From Clostridia bacterium (GTDB lineage Bacteria > Bacillota > Clostridia > Oscillospirales > CAG-272): 64,000 nt of DNA. Both the position numbers and the translations under genes were made by a program. The stretch lies in assembly GCA_017508605.1 (NCBI GenBank), contig JAFVYN010000034.1:47-64046 (forward strand), in the 5' to 3' direction. The notes beneath the pieces were generated by a model. It ran no database searches. It saw only the letters and a list, made by a program, of their open reading frames with translations, and had not been told where the DNA came from. Positions 15,998 through 25,422 of the stretch are shown in pieces; the first letter of the stretch is position 1, and each line of letters starts with the position of its first letter.

Positions 15998-18523
15998 TCA
16001 CTTCGTTACGGCATTTCCGCTGATATTACCTACGGTGTATGCGGTTACGTTGTCGAGGGAGATGACGTACAGTGCCGATTCCGCGGGAACGGTATAGAGT
16101 GTATTGCCGAGCGTTACACGGCGGGTCAGGGTCATATCGGAGACCTTCACTTCCATCGTCTTGCCGCCGGCTGTCAGCTTAATGGGGGTATCGGTCAGTC
16201 TCGGACCGCTGACACGCTTGAGTACAACGGCGACCGTCTTGCCGTCGGTATAGACCTGAAGCGAGCCATTGTCGGTAAGAAGGGTGTTCGTGAACGCCAT
16301 TTCTTCGCCGTAGCGCACCATATAGGTCGGTGTACCGAAGCCGATGATACCGTTTTCGCAGCCGAAGAGACGCTCGTTTGCGTAGGTATTGATGAGGTAA
16401 GCCGCCTCACCTGCCGCAAAGCGCTCAGCGGTCAGCTGCATACCGTCGGTGCGGTTATACGAGCCGTTTCTCACGTAGCCCGAATAGGACTGGCTGAAGT
16501 TACCGGCATAGTAAGCCAGCGCACCGTCAGCCGTCGAGCCTTCGATCGCGGCATTCACAAAGCAGTTTGCCATGACCGTACCGTTGCCGTTACCGATCAC
16601 GCCGCCCGCGTATTTGCCGTTTACCGTCGAGTCAGAGACCGCGCACTGTGCGATCGAGAATTCCGAAGCATAGTTGGACGAGCCGCCCACAGCACCCGCG
16701 CCATCGGTTTCAGAGGTCACCGTGACCTTGCTGACGGCGATCCAGGATACCTTGGCGATCGCGCCCGAGGAGACCGTGCCGAAGAGCGCACCTGCCGCAC
16801 CCTTGGCTTCTACGGTAGCATCCGAGAGCGCAAGCTTCGTGATAGCGGCGCCCATGGTCAGCTTACCGAAGAGACCGCCGTCCTTGTCGGTCTTGATCCT
16901 GAAGCTGTGAACGGTGTGCATCGCGCCGTCGAGCTTACCGCCGAAGGGATGCGCGTCCGAGCCGATGGGAAGAAGGGTTTCATTCTTGCAGTCGATGTCA
17001 GCCGTCAGAACGAGCGATTCTCTGCCGTTCAGTCTGCCTGCCTCGAGATTTGCCTGATACCACTTCAGATTTTCAAGCGTTCCTATCTCATACACGCCGT
17101 CCTTGACGTTCGGACGGTGTGCCGAGGGCTTACCTGCCTTGACGGTCACCGTACCGCAAGCCGAACAGGTCGAGGTGATGATACCGTCAAGATAGCCGTC
17201 CGGCTGGGTCTCGGCATCGGTATAGGTATGTTTTTCTTCACTTGCCTTGGAAAGCACCTTGCCGCAGTCGAGACAGACTCTTCTGCCGCAAGCGTATTCC
17301 TTGATATTTTCGTGGATCACAACCTCGCGCGCAAGGATGGGATAGCCGTCGTTGATGCCCGTGGTATCCTCCACAAAACGGTTGCCCTCAGCCGAGGCGG
17401 GATACGCCGAAACCGTCTCAAGAAGCGCCGCCTTGTCGGCAACAAGCTTGACAGAGGCATCGGTCACTACGTTGAGAGCCGCCTTACCCGAAAGGTATGC
17501 CGCGTTCTTGACGGTTGCCTTGTCTGTCTGATGGTTCGAGAAGGCGATGGCGTAAGCGTTCGAGGCGCTTACGGTATTGACGATCTCACCGGCGTTATAT
17601 ACGTTCGTGATCTCACGCTTGCCCGTCGGGGGATCGAAGGAAGCGCCGCCCACGATACCGCAGGCAAAACCGCCGCCGCCCTTCATGGTGATCTTACCCA
17701 TGTTGTAGCAGTAATCCACCTTCAGGGTCGATTCCTTGTTTTCATGATATTCACCGACAATACCGCCGCAGCGCCAGTCGGTTGCGGTGATCGCGCCGAA
17801 GTTCACACAGCCGGTCACGGTAAGACTGCCGCTTCTGCCGCCGTTGACGTTTGCCACGATCGTGTAAAAGCCGCCCGCACTGGAGTTGCCTGCCGTAACG
17901 GTGGCGTAGTTATAGGAATTGCGGATGGTCACGTTGGCGGAGCTGTCATTGGAGAGCGCAAAGAAGCCCGCCGCGGGATTGCCCGTGATCGTGCCGTAGA
18001 CCGCGCAGTTTTCCACCGTCACGTTACCCGACTGTAAGTAAGAGGAAATGCCCGAGGTCTTGCCGTCGCCCTTGACGTTGGCGTAAACCACCACGCCGTC
18101 AAGCTTAGCGCCCGCCTTCATCGTGCCAGCGATCGCGGCGACAGAATAGCCCGAGCCCGTGGAGGAGACCGCGATCGGCGCGTCCTCGCTGCCGATGATG
18201 ATATTCTTGAGCGTTCCCGCGAACCAGTTTGCGAAAATACCCGCGTCGGAATTGGTGCCGTTGATGGTGATACCGGTCAAAGAATGACCGTTACCGTCAA
18301 GAACGCCCTTGAATTCCTTGCTGTAAAGATATTTCGTATACGAGCCGCCCGTGAAATCAATGTCATTTGCCAGATAGTATACACCCGAGGGATCCATCGC
18401 GATGAATTCCTCAACCGTCGAAACCGGGGTGCCGGCGGGAGCATCCGAAGCCATAATGCCAAATGCCGATGCTGTACAGGTCAGTAAGGTCAAGCTTAAC
18501 ATAATCGCAATCACTTTCTTCAT
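15998..18523 (-). CDS. Large secreted surface protein with GLUG-like repeats (two repeat blocks around a Cys-rich centre)
   Basis: Signal peptide MKKVIAIMLSLTLLTCTASAFG. Gly-rich motifs recur (CGGIVGEY, FACGIVGGA, GGLFGKL, GAGAVGGSS, AGGVIGNGNG). No recognisable wall-anchor motif was seen. Confidence 0.55.
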   Translation of the reverse strand: MKKVIAIMLSLTLLTCTASAFGIMASDAPAGTPVSTVEEFIAMDPSGVYYLANDIDFTGGSYTKYLYSKEFKGVLDGNGHSLTGITINGTNSDAGIFANWFAGTLKNIIIGSEDAPIAVSSTGSGYSVAAIAGTMKAGAKLDGVVVYANVKGDGKTSGISSYLQSGNVTVENCAVYGTITGNPAAGFFALSNDSSANVTIRNSYNYATVTAGNSSAGGFYTIVANVNGGRSGSLTVTGCVNFGAITATDWRCGGIVGEYHENKESTLKVDYCYNMGKITMKGGGGFACGIVGGASFDPPTGKREITNVYNAGEIVNTVSASNAYAIAFSNHQTDKATVKNAAYLSGKAALNVVTDASVKLVADKAALLETVSAYPASAEGNRFVEDTTGINDGYPILAREVVIHENIKEYACGRRVCLDCGKVLSKASEEKHTYTDAETQPDGYLDGIITSTCSACGTVTVKAGKPSAHRPNVKDGVYEIGTLENLKWYQANLEAGRLNGRESLVLTADIDCKNETLLPIGSDAHPFGGKLDGAMHTVHSFRIKTDKDGGLFGKLTMGAAITKLALSDATVEAKGAAGALFGTVSSGAIAKVSWIAVSKVTVTSETDGAGAVGGSSNYASEFSIAQCAVSDSTVNGKYAGGVIGNGNGTVMANCFVNAAIEGSTADGALAYYAGNFSQSYSGYVRNGSYNRTDGMQLTAERFAAGEAAYLINTYANERLFGCENGIIGFGTPTYMVRYGEEMAFTNTLLTDNGSLQVYTDGKTVAVVLKRVSGPRLTDTPIKLTAGGKTMEVKVSDMTLTRRVTLGNTLYTVPAESALYVISLDNVTAYTVGNISGNAVTK

Positions 18524-18540
18524 TCTGATACCGTCCTTTC

Positions 18541-20226
18541 TCAGTTTGCGGAGAGATACAGACGGACGGTGCCTTCTTCTGTGGTGTTAAAGGTGACACT
18601 CGATGCGCGGGTGCTGTCGCGGGTGATCACGATGTCAAAGGTAGTGCTTCCCACCTTGAAGCCCTTGACGGTCGCTTCGTTGACACCTTCGGGGAGATAC
18701 GGCGTAAAGGTCACGCTGTTTTCACCGATCGAAGCGCCGAGAAGCTCGTAATAGATCAGCGAAATATAACCGGTCGCGCTCCAGGTCTGATGCGAGCAGG
18801 AGCCCCACATACCGAAGTTGTTGGGTCCGAATTCCTGAATACCGCCGTATACCGCACCGGTATCGGGATGGTAGATCTCATAGAACTGACCGTCACGGAC
18901 AGCCTTTTCCGCCATCAGGAACATTTCGTATTCATAACCGTATTTGTAACCGTACATCGAGCAAGCGCGTGCCCAGAAAGCCTGACCGTGGGGCCAGATA
19001 ACGCCGCAGTGTCTGCCGTAGCCGCCAAGCTCGAGATATCTGTCAAAGCAAGGCCATACGATGGCAATGCCCTGCTCGGTCACCTGTGTATTCTGAAGCA
19101 CCAGCGCTGCCTGACGCTCATCGGCAATACCGAAGAGAAGCACAAGACCAAGACCGATGGCTTCCTGATAATCGCATTCGTAAGCAAGATAATCGTAATT
19201 GCCCTTTTCCTCGTTCCAGAACGCCTTATTGATCGCCGCCTTCATGGCTTCCGCCTTCTTCAATGCGGTGGTAGTGTCCTTGCCGAGCATGGCGTTGAGC
19301 TTTGCCTGGATCACATAAGCCTGATAATAGCAGCAGTTGGTGGAAAGCGCCTTCATGGGAAGACCCTCGCCGATGGGAATGATCTTATCAGCGTTGGCGG
19401 GATTGTCCTTGAAGCCGCCGACACCGGGATTGGGCGCATCTACCGCATAGTGATCGGGATAACCCGCAATGCCATCGCCGTAAACCGCGGGACCGCGGAA
19501 GAGACCGTCCTTGGCATCGTATTCTTCCCGTTCAAAGCGCTTCAGCGAGTTGGTGATCGCGTTCTGCGCGATGGCGGCAAATTCCATATCGTGCGTTACG
19601 TTGATGAGCTGATACGCGCCGATCGACCAGATGATCGCATCCCAGTACTGACCGTCGATCTGATACTGCGTGCCGTTCTTCTTGAGGACCGAAAGAAGAG
19701 TGTTTTTCGAAACCTCGGGGTTCATCAGCGCAAAACCGTTATAGACGTTGATAGCGGCGTCGCGCGTCCAGGGGGTATCGTAATCGGCACCTGCCATGAG
19801 ACAGGGAACGGACGAGGTCAGAACGCCCGCGCCGTAATTCACGATATTACCCGTGATATCGGAAATCGCAACCTTATACGCCTCTGTCAGAGTCTCGTTG
19901 TCACAGGAAAAATACAGCATATTCTTGTAGTCCTTTCCGTCGTTTTCGATGACCGTATAGCATACGGTGCAGTACGAGCCGTTCGTCGAGAGCTTGTGCG
20001 TCTCGCAAACGGGAGCCGTCACAAGCGCCTCTCCCTGTGTTTCGGGAACGGTCGTCTCGGGAATCTTAGGCTCAGTCGTGTCCGGTGTGCCGCCTTGGGT
20101 CTCCTTCGGTGTATCTGTGGTCGTGATCGCGGTGGTTTCGTCATCGCCGCAAGCCGTCACACAAAAGACCGTCAGAACCACAAGAAGCAAACAAAGACAG
20201 GTTTGGAAGATGTGTTTCATGAGCAA
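18541..20226 (-). CDS. Lipoprotein, six-hairpin (alpha/alpha)6 glycoside-hydrolase-like (GH15/GH63-like fold, family uncertain)
   Basis: Lipobox VFCVTAC. It carries the TPWTRDAAINVYNG motif typical of (alpha/alpha)6 glycosidases and has Trp/Tyr-rich helical repeats. Confidence 0.5.
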   Translation of the reverse strand: MLMKHIFQTCLCLLLVVLTVFCVTACGDDETTAITTTDTPKETQGGTPDTTEPKIPETTVPETQGEALVTAPVCETHKLSTNGSYCTVCYTVIENDGKDYKNMLYFSCDNETLTEAYKVAISDITGNIVNYGAGVLTSSVPCLMAGADYDTPWTRDAAINVYNGFALMNPEVSKNTLLSVLKKNGTQYQIDGQYWDAIIWSIGAYQLINVTHDMEFAAIAQNAITNSLKRFEREEYDAKDGLFRGPAVYGDGIAGYPDHYAVDAPNPGVGGFKDNPANADKIIPIGEGLPMKALSTNCCYYQAYVIQAKLNAMLGKDTTTALKKAEAMKAAINKAFWNEEKGNYDYLAYECDYQEAIGLGLVLLFGIADERQAALVLQNTQVTEQGIAIVWPCFDRYLELGGYGRHCGVIWPHGQAFWARACSMYGYKYGYEYEMFLMAEKAVRDGQFYEIYHPDTGAVYGGIQEFGPNNFGMWGSCSHQTWSATGYISLIYYELLGASIGENSVTFTPYLPEGVNEATVKGFKVGSTTFDIVITRDSTRASSVTFNTTEEGTVRLYLSAN

Positions 20227-20249
20227 TCATTCCTTTCTTTGATCCATGC

Positions 20250-21059
20250 TTATTTTTTGCGGTGTGCCGAGGGGGCAACACCCATCATCCGTTTGTAAGT
20301 ACGGCAGAAATACGAGGCGTTCTGAAAGCCCGACATAAAGACAACCTCTCCCACCGAATGCCCCTGCCGTAAGAAATCCCGTGCCTTACGGCAACGGATA
20401 TAGAGAAGATTTTCGGTCAGCGACTGCCCCGTTACCTTGGAGATCACGTGACAGAGATAGCTGCGGCTGAATCCAAGATAGGCGGCAAGTGCCTCACCGC
20501 TGAAATCCTCGGAATAATGCTCTTCCATATACTGAATGGCGCTCTTGGTAATGCGCATGGCATTATCGCCCCCCATTGAGGGTGCGGGAACCGACGCATC
20601 AAGGCCGTGCTCACGCAGAAGAATAGCGGTCATCAGCACCAGATTGGCACGGATACAGCTCTTATAATAGGGCGCTTTTCTCTCAAATTCCGAAACCGTC
20701 TTCAGAAAGAGCGCGCGGATCTCCTCGTTTTTCACAAGATGCTCGTCCGACAGTGCCCGAAGCTCAAGACCCGCCGAGGTCAGAATGGAGTTGTCGGGGA
20801 TGATGCAGTAATATTCGCATTCGCCGTCGATCGCGCGGAAGCAATGCGGCGAATGGGGATTGATCGCCACAAGATCGCCCTCATGATAGACCGTGGCAGT
20901 ATCGTCAATGCGGATCTCCACGTCACCCTCGGTCACATAGATCCACTCCAGTGTCTCGTGCCAGTGAAGTTCATATTTCGGCTCATAAGGTGAGCGTCTC
21001 TGAAGCATATAGTAGATGGGAAGTTCTTTGTCAGCATGTACGTGACGTTCAAAAAACAT
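20250..21059 (-). CDS. AraC-family transcriptional regulator (N-terminal cupin plus C-terminal HTH)
   Basis: The cupin segment reads HWHETLEWIYVTEGDVEIRID. The C-terminal AraC HTH reads LAAYLGFSRSYLCHVISKVTGQSLTENLLYIRCRKARDFL...SYFCRTYKRMMGVAPS. Confidence 0.9.
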   Translation of the reverse strand: MFFERHVHADKELPIYYMLQRRSPYEPKYELHWHETLEWIYVTEGDVEIRIDDTATVYHEGDLVAINPHSPHCFRAIDGECEYYCIIPDNSILTSAGLELRALSDEHLVKNEEIRALFLKTVSEFERKAPYYKSCIRANLVLMTAILLREHGLDASVPAPSMGGDNAMRITKSAIQYMEEHYSEDFSGEALAAYLGFSRSYLCHVISKVTGQSLTENLLYIRCRKARDFLRQGHSVGEVVFMSGFQNASYFCRTYKRMMGVAPSAHRKK

Positions 21060-21361
21060 GGCTCCGCCTCCTTATCACACAGTACTTTTATTCTATCACC
21101 CTTTCGGTTTTCCGTCAAGTCAATATCTGCTTTCCAATTGTACAATTTTGCTTTTTTATTAGATTTTGTACAATTTTACGCCAAAAAGATGTATTTTTTT
21201 ATAAAACTAAAACACAGGTGTGACAGAGTTCTTTTTCACCGAAACTTTTGCCCACGCATATAGTAATACAGAAGAGTGTTATCTCTTCAACATTTCGGAA
21301 AGGATTCGTGATACCGAAAAAGATCCCCTACCGCAGTCGGTATCACACAGTGAAAGCGCAT

Positions 21362-21667
21362 ATGGACTATCAACGAAACGACCGATTCCGTCCGGTCTGC
21401 CCCACCTGTCGGAGCCGCGCTTCCGACCCCTACTGTCAGGATAAAGGCAAAGCGCGGAGCTATCCTCCTTATTCGTGTGAAACACACAAAACAGCACCGG
21501 GCATCAACACCGTGAGCGATCCCACCTCTCTTGCCATGGTATTTTCACCGAAACAGCCCTGGCAAGCGCTCTATGATGCTCCCGAAGCGCTCTCGCGCGG
21601 CACGCTGTTCAAGGAGCTGGATAAACCCTTCGCACCCGCTTTGCGCGAAAGGAGCTGCTATGACTGA
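21362..21667 (+). CDS. cotJA: Spore coat-associated protein CotJA
   Basis: The conserved C-terminal segment LAMVFSPKQPWQALYDAPEALSRGTLFKELDKPF is present. It lies upstream of and overlaps cotJB. The start is taken at the internal ATG 21362 rather than the track start 21248. Confidence 0.65.
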   Translation: MDYQRNDRFRPVCPTCRSRASDPYCQDKGKARSYPPYSCETHKTAPGINTVSDPTSLAMVFSPKQPWQALYDAPEALSRGTLFKELDKPFAPALRERSCYD

Positions 21668-21908
21668 TTCCTGCCAAGCCCTTCTTCAGAAGATCCGCGC
21701 GATCGACCTGCAGATCATTGATTCCGGGCTTTATCTGAACGCCAACCCCTGCCCCGAGGCAGAAGCTTTTTACGAAACGCTGATCCGGGAAAGAGCCGCT
21801 CTTGCTGAGCAGTATGAACAGAATACCGCACCTCTCACAAAATCCGCGGCGATTCCCGTCAGCCGTTGGACCGAAACACCCTGGCCGTGGGAAAGGGAGG
21901 CTGACTGA
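21660..21908 (+). CDS. cotJB: Spore coat protein CotJB
   Basis: MTDSCQALLQKIRAIDLQIIDSGLYLNANPCPEAEAFYETL matches the CotJB family. It overlaps cotJA by 8 nt and abuts cotJC. Confidence 0.8.
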   Translation: MTDSCQALLQKIRAIDLQIIDSGLYLNANPCPEAEAFYETLIRERAALAEQYEQNTAPLTKSAAIPVSRWTETPWPWEREAD

Positions 21909-22507
21909 TGTTTATTTACGAAAAGAAACTGCAATACCCCGTCAAGATCAAAAATCCCAACCCTGCCCTTGCCAAGGTCATCATCTCTCAGCTCGGCGGT
22001 CCTCACGGTGAGTTGGGCGCCGCCACACGCTATCTCCAACAACGCTTCTCCATGCCTGACAGACGTATCATCGGCATGTTCACCGACATCGGAACCGAGG
22101 AGCTTGGGCATATCGAGATGGTCTCTGCCATTCTCTATCAGCTTACACGCGGACTGTCTCCCGACGCCATCAAAAAAGCGGGCTTTGACACCTATTTCGT
22201 CGATCACACGACGGGGGTCTATCCCCAGGCGGCATCGGGTGTCCCCTTCTCCACCGAAACGCTTTCGGTATCGGGGGATGTCTTTGCCGACATTCATGAA
22301 AACCTCGCCGCCGAACAGAAGGCGCGCCTTTCGTATGACAACATTCTCCGCCTTGTCGACGATCCCGACGTCAAGGATCCCATCCGCTTCTTGCGGGAGC
22401 GCGAGATCGTTCACTATCAGCGCTTCGGCGATTGCCTCGGCATAGCGCAGGAGACCTTTTCCAACAAGAAAAACTTCTATCAGTACAATCCCGCCTTCGA
22501 CAAATAA
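21908..22507 (+). CDS. cotJC: Spore coat protein CotJC (manganese-catalase family)
   Basis: KIKNPNPALAKVIISQLGGPHGELGAATRYLQQRF...TEELGHIEMV is the canonical CotJC/Mn-catalase N-terminus. Confidence 0.9.
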   Translation: MFIYEKKLQYPVKIKNPNPALAKVIISQLGGPHGELGAATRYLQQRFSMPDRRIIGMFTDIGTEELGHIEMVSAILYQLTRGLSPDAIKKAGFDTYFVDHTTGVYPQAASGVPFSTETLSVSGDVFADIHENLAAEQKARLSYDNILRLVDDPDVKDPIRFLREREIVHYQRFGDCLGIAQETFSNKKNFYQYNPAFDK

Positions 22508-22510
22508 CGA

Positions 22511-22548
22511 AAAAAGCAAGACTTACAAAACCGTAAGTCTTGCTTTTT
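22511..22548. terminator. Bidirectional rho-independent terminator
   Basis: AAAAAGCAAGACTTAC-AAAACC-GTAAGTCTTGCTTTTT. Confidence 0.85.
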
Positions 22549-22565
22549 GATCCATAAAGGTGTTC

Positions 22566-22769
22566 TCATCCCATCAGAAGTAAGGGAATGAGAATGATCG
22601 CGGCAAGTCCTAAAAGAACTAAAAGCGCGACGGGAAGAATGATGAGGAGCGCCGATGCCACCATAGCAAAGGTATCCTTGCGGCTGACACCACCCTCGTT
22701 TTCGATATCTTCCTTGAGCTTTTCAAGCTTTTGGGAATTGTCTTTTTTTAAGTGATTCCACCAAGCCAT
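22566..22769 (-). CDS. Small membrane protein, last gene of the ABC importer operon
   Basis: 67 aa with a charged N-terminus followed by a long hydrophobic helix (FAMVASALLIILPVALLVLLGLAAIILIPLLLMG). It begins 4 nt after the ATPase stop. Confidence 0.5.
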   Translation of the reverse strand: MAWWNHLKKDNSQKLEKLKEDIENEGGVSRKDTFAMVASALLIILPVALLVLLGLAAIILIPLLLMG

Positions 22770-22773
22770 ACCG

Positions 22774-24426
22774 TTACGAACGTGCCTCGCGCTTCGAGGT
22801 CGCTACGTCAAAGAGGAATTTGCCGTTTTCATCGAGCTTTCTGTCGATATTGTGGCAAGCCACGAAGTGACCGGGCTCAACTTCAACCGTCGGAGGCGGT
22901 ACGCGCATACACTTATCGCACGCCATAAAGCAGCGGGTGTGGAACTTACAGCCTTCGGGGGGACGGATGGGGCTGGGGATGTTGCCCTCGAGAATAATGC
23001 GTTCCTTGTTGACATTATCGGCATCCGTCGTGGGGATCGACGAAAGAAGCGCCACGGTATAGGGATGGCGGGGATCCTCAAAAATGGTCTTGGCATCGCC
23101 AAGCTCGACGAGATTACCGAGATACATAACGCCGATACGGTCGGAAATATAGCGGACGACCGAAAGGTCATGCGAAATAAAGAGATAGGTGAGATTTTCC
23201 TTTTCCTTCAGTTCCTCAAGAAGGTTGATGATCTGCGACTGAATAGACACGTCAAGCGCCGAAACACATTCGTCACAAACGACGAATTTCGGCTTGACGG
23301 CAAGGGCACGCGCGATGCAGATACGCTGTCTCTGACCGCCCGAGAACTGGTGAGGATAGCGGTGAAGCATATAATCCTGAAGTCCGCACTGACGCATGAC
23401 GTCAAGGATGTATTCCTTCATCTTGGGCGAGCCGTGTTTGAAATAATTGTGCGTGACAAGACCCTCTTCGATGATCTGACCGACCGTCATACGGGGGTTC
23501 AGCGAGGAATAGGGGTCCTGGAAGATGATCTGCAGATCCTTACGGAGGAAGCGCATTTCGGAGTATTTCAGTCTCGCAAGGTCGATACCGTCGTCAAGAT
23601 AGCCCTCATACTCGTCAAAGAGCGGTATACCGCGGTAACGCGCACGCAGAGACTCTACGGCATCATTTGCCATTTTCTGAGCTTGGGTTGCTGCCGTGAT
23701 TGCGGATTCGATGCCCGCCTTGTCACTTTCGTACTTGGCACGGCGCTTTTCAAATTTCATAAGACGCTTGTCAAGCTTCTTCTGCTTCTTTTCACTGCAG
23801 CCGTTCTTCTTTTCTTCACGGCATTCCTCAATAACAGAGGATGCGTAGTCGATCTCGGCATCCACTTCAAGAAGCTTGCGTCTCAGCTCGGTCAGCTTGA
23901 CATCCGCCTGATATTTATTGAGAAGAAGCGTAGCGCCTTCGGTGACGTTCGGAACCGTCATAAAGCCGCCAAGGATCTTAGCGACATCAAAGAATGCGGT
24001 CTCGGTCTCGGCAAGCGCCAGATTGCGTGCCTGGATCTGGAAGAAGGAGGCGCCGTCGCCAAGCTGATTGCATTCGAGAGACAAAGCATCTGCCTTGGCT
24101 TTGGCTTTCTGATAGCGCTCAATCATCTTGGTCGCGTTTTTCAGGGTATATTCCACATAGGAGGGAGCAACATCGGCAAGCGTTCTGCCGTAATACAGCG
24201 TGCTGCCCGCGGTCTGATCGTAAAGCTGAAGAAGAACTCTTCCGAGCGTACTCTTGCCGCAGCCCGACTCACCGACAAGACCGAAGGTCTCGCCTTCGTG
24301 GATATCAATGGAGATCTCCTCGTTGGCGCGAACGTAAAGCTGTTCCTTCTGGAAAATGCTGTTCTTGGCAATCGGGAAATATTTCTTAAGATTCGTGATT
24401 GACAACAGTTTTCTGGTGTTCGGCAC
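22774..24426 (-). CDS. Peptide/nickel-type ABC transporter ATP-binding protein (OppF-like) with a ~200-aa coiled-coil insertion
   Basis: Walker A is GESGCGKST, followed by [16 protein letters not shown], signature SGGQRQR and Walker [12 protein letters not shown]. Residues ~83-285 are an extra Lys/Glu/Ala-rich helical segment between Walker A and the Q-loop region. Confidence 0.88.
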   Translation of the reverse strand: MPNTRKLLSITNLKKYFPIAKNSIFQKEQLYVRANEEISIDIHEGETFGLVGESGCGKSTLGRVLLQLYDQTAGSTLYYGRTLADVAPSYVEYTLKNATKMIERYQKAKAKADALSLECNQLGDGASFFQIQARNLALAETETAFFDVAKILGGFMTVPNVTEGATLLLNKYQADVKLTELRRKLLEVDAEIDYASSVIEECREEKKNGCSEKKQKKLDKRLMKFEKRRAKYESDKAGIESAITAATQAQKMANDAVESLRARYRGIPLFDEYEGYLDDGIDLARLKYSEMRFLRKDLQIIFQDPYSSLNPRMTVGQIIEEGLVTHNYFKHGSPKMKEYILDVMRQCGLQDYMLHRYPHQFSGGQRQRICIARALAVKPKFVVCDECVSALDVSIQSQIINLLEELKEKENLTYLFISHDLSVVRYISDRIGVMYLGNLVELGDAKTIFEDPRHPYTVALLSSIPTTDADNVNKERIILEGNIPSPIRPPEGCKFHTRCFMACDKCMRVPPPTVEVEPGHFVACHNIDRKLDENGKFLFDVATSKREARS

Positions 24427-25405
24427 TGTTTCTTACCTCCTTTTCAGGATAGAAGCAACGGATCATCTGACCCGGATTGACCTCGACGAGAGCAGGCTCT
24501 TCCTCGAGGCATTTTGCCGTCGCATATTTACATCTCGGCGCAAACTTGCAGCCCTTGGGAAGCGCGAGCGGATGAGGCACGACGCCGGGAATAGGCTCAA
24601 GACGGTCGGTGATGTTGTCGATGCGGGGAATGGAGTACATCAGACCCTCGGTATAAGGGTGGCTGACGGGACAGTCGGTGAAAATGGTTCTCGCGGAGGT
24701 CTTTTCGACGACCTGACCGCAGTACATAACGACAACGTCGTCCGCCATCTCGTTGATGACGCCGAGGTCGTGCGTAATGAAGATGATCGACGTACCGTTT
24801 TCCTTCTGCAGATCGTTCATCAAACGGAGGATCTGCGCCTGAATGGTAACGTCAAGCGCCGTGGTAGGCTCGTCGGCAATCAGGATCTTGGGCTTGCAGG
24901 CAAGCGCCATGGCGATCATGACACGCTGACGCATACCGCCCGAAAGCTGGTGAGGATACTGACGCATGACCGCTTCGGGATTGGGGATCTGTACGGCGTA
25001 CAGCATCTCCTTGACCTTTTCCTTAGCTTCCTTTCTGGTCATACCCTGGTGGATGATGAAGGGCTCGGAAAGCTGCTTTTGGATGGAGAATACGGGGTTG
25101 AGCGAGGTCATGGGCTCCTGGAAAATGACCGAGATCTTGTTGCCGCGGATGGCATACATCTCCTGCAGAGAGATCTTCGTCAGATCCACGCCCTCAAAGA
25201 GGATCTCGCCCTCGTCGATATAACCGTTTCCGTCGAGCAATCTCAGAATACTCATGGCGGAAACGCTCTTGCCCGAGCCGGATTCACCAACGATACCGAT
25301 GGTGCGTCCCGGCTCAAGCGAATAGGATACGTCGTTAACAGCCTTGACAATACCTTTTCTCGTCTTAAAATAGGTATGAAGGTTTTTGATCTCAAGTAAT
25401 GCCAT
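24386..25405 (-). CDS. Peptide/nickel-type ABC transporter ATP-binding protein (OppD-like)
   Basis: Walker A GESGSGKS, signature LSGGMRQR, Walker B ILIADEPTTALD, and the C-terminal oligopeptide-ATPase domain motif (PKGCKFAPRC). Confidence 0.9.
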   Translation of the reverse strand: MALLEIKNLHTYFKTRKGIVKAVNDVSYSLEPGRTIGIVGESGSGKSVSAMSILRLLDGNGYIDEGEILFEGVDLTKISLQEMYAIRGNKISVIFQEPMTSLNPVFSIQKQLSEPFIIHQGMTRKEAKEKVKEMLYAVQIPNPEAVMRQYPHQLSGGMRQRVMIAMALACKPKILIADEPTTALDVTIQAQILRLMNDLQKENGTSIIFITHDLGVINEMADDVVVMYCGQVVEKTSARTIFTDCPVSHPYTEGLMYSIPRIDNITDRLEPIPGVVPHPLALPKGCKFAPRCKYATAKCLEEEPALVEVNPGQMIRCFYPEKEVRNSAEHQKTVVNHES

Positions 25406-25422
25406 AATAAACCCTCCCTATC

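Noticed and set aside
21060-21361. The AT-rich region between araC and cotJA, considered as a possible mobile-element scar or sRNA locus.
   Set aside because: It contains only short A/T runs typical of divergent promoter regions. I found no inverted or direct repeats or conserved RNA motifs.
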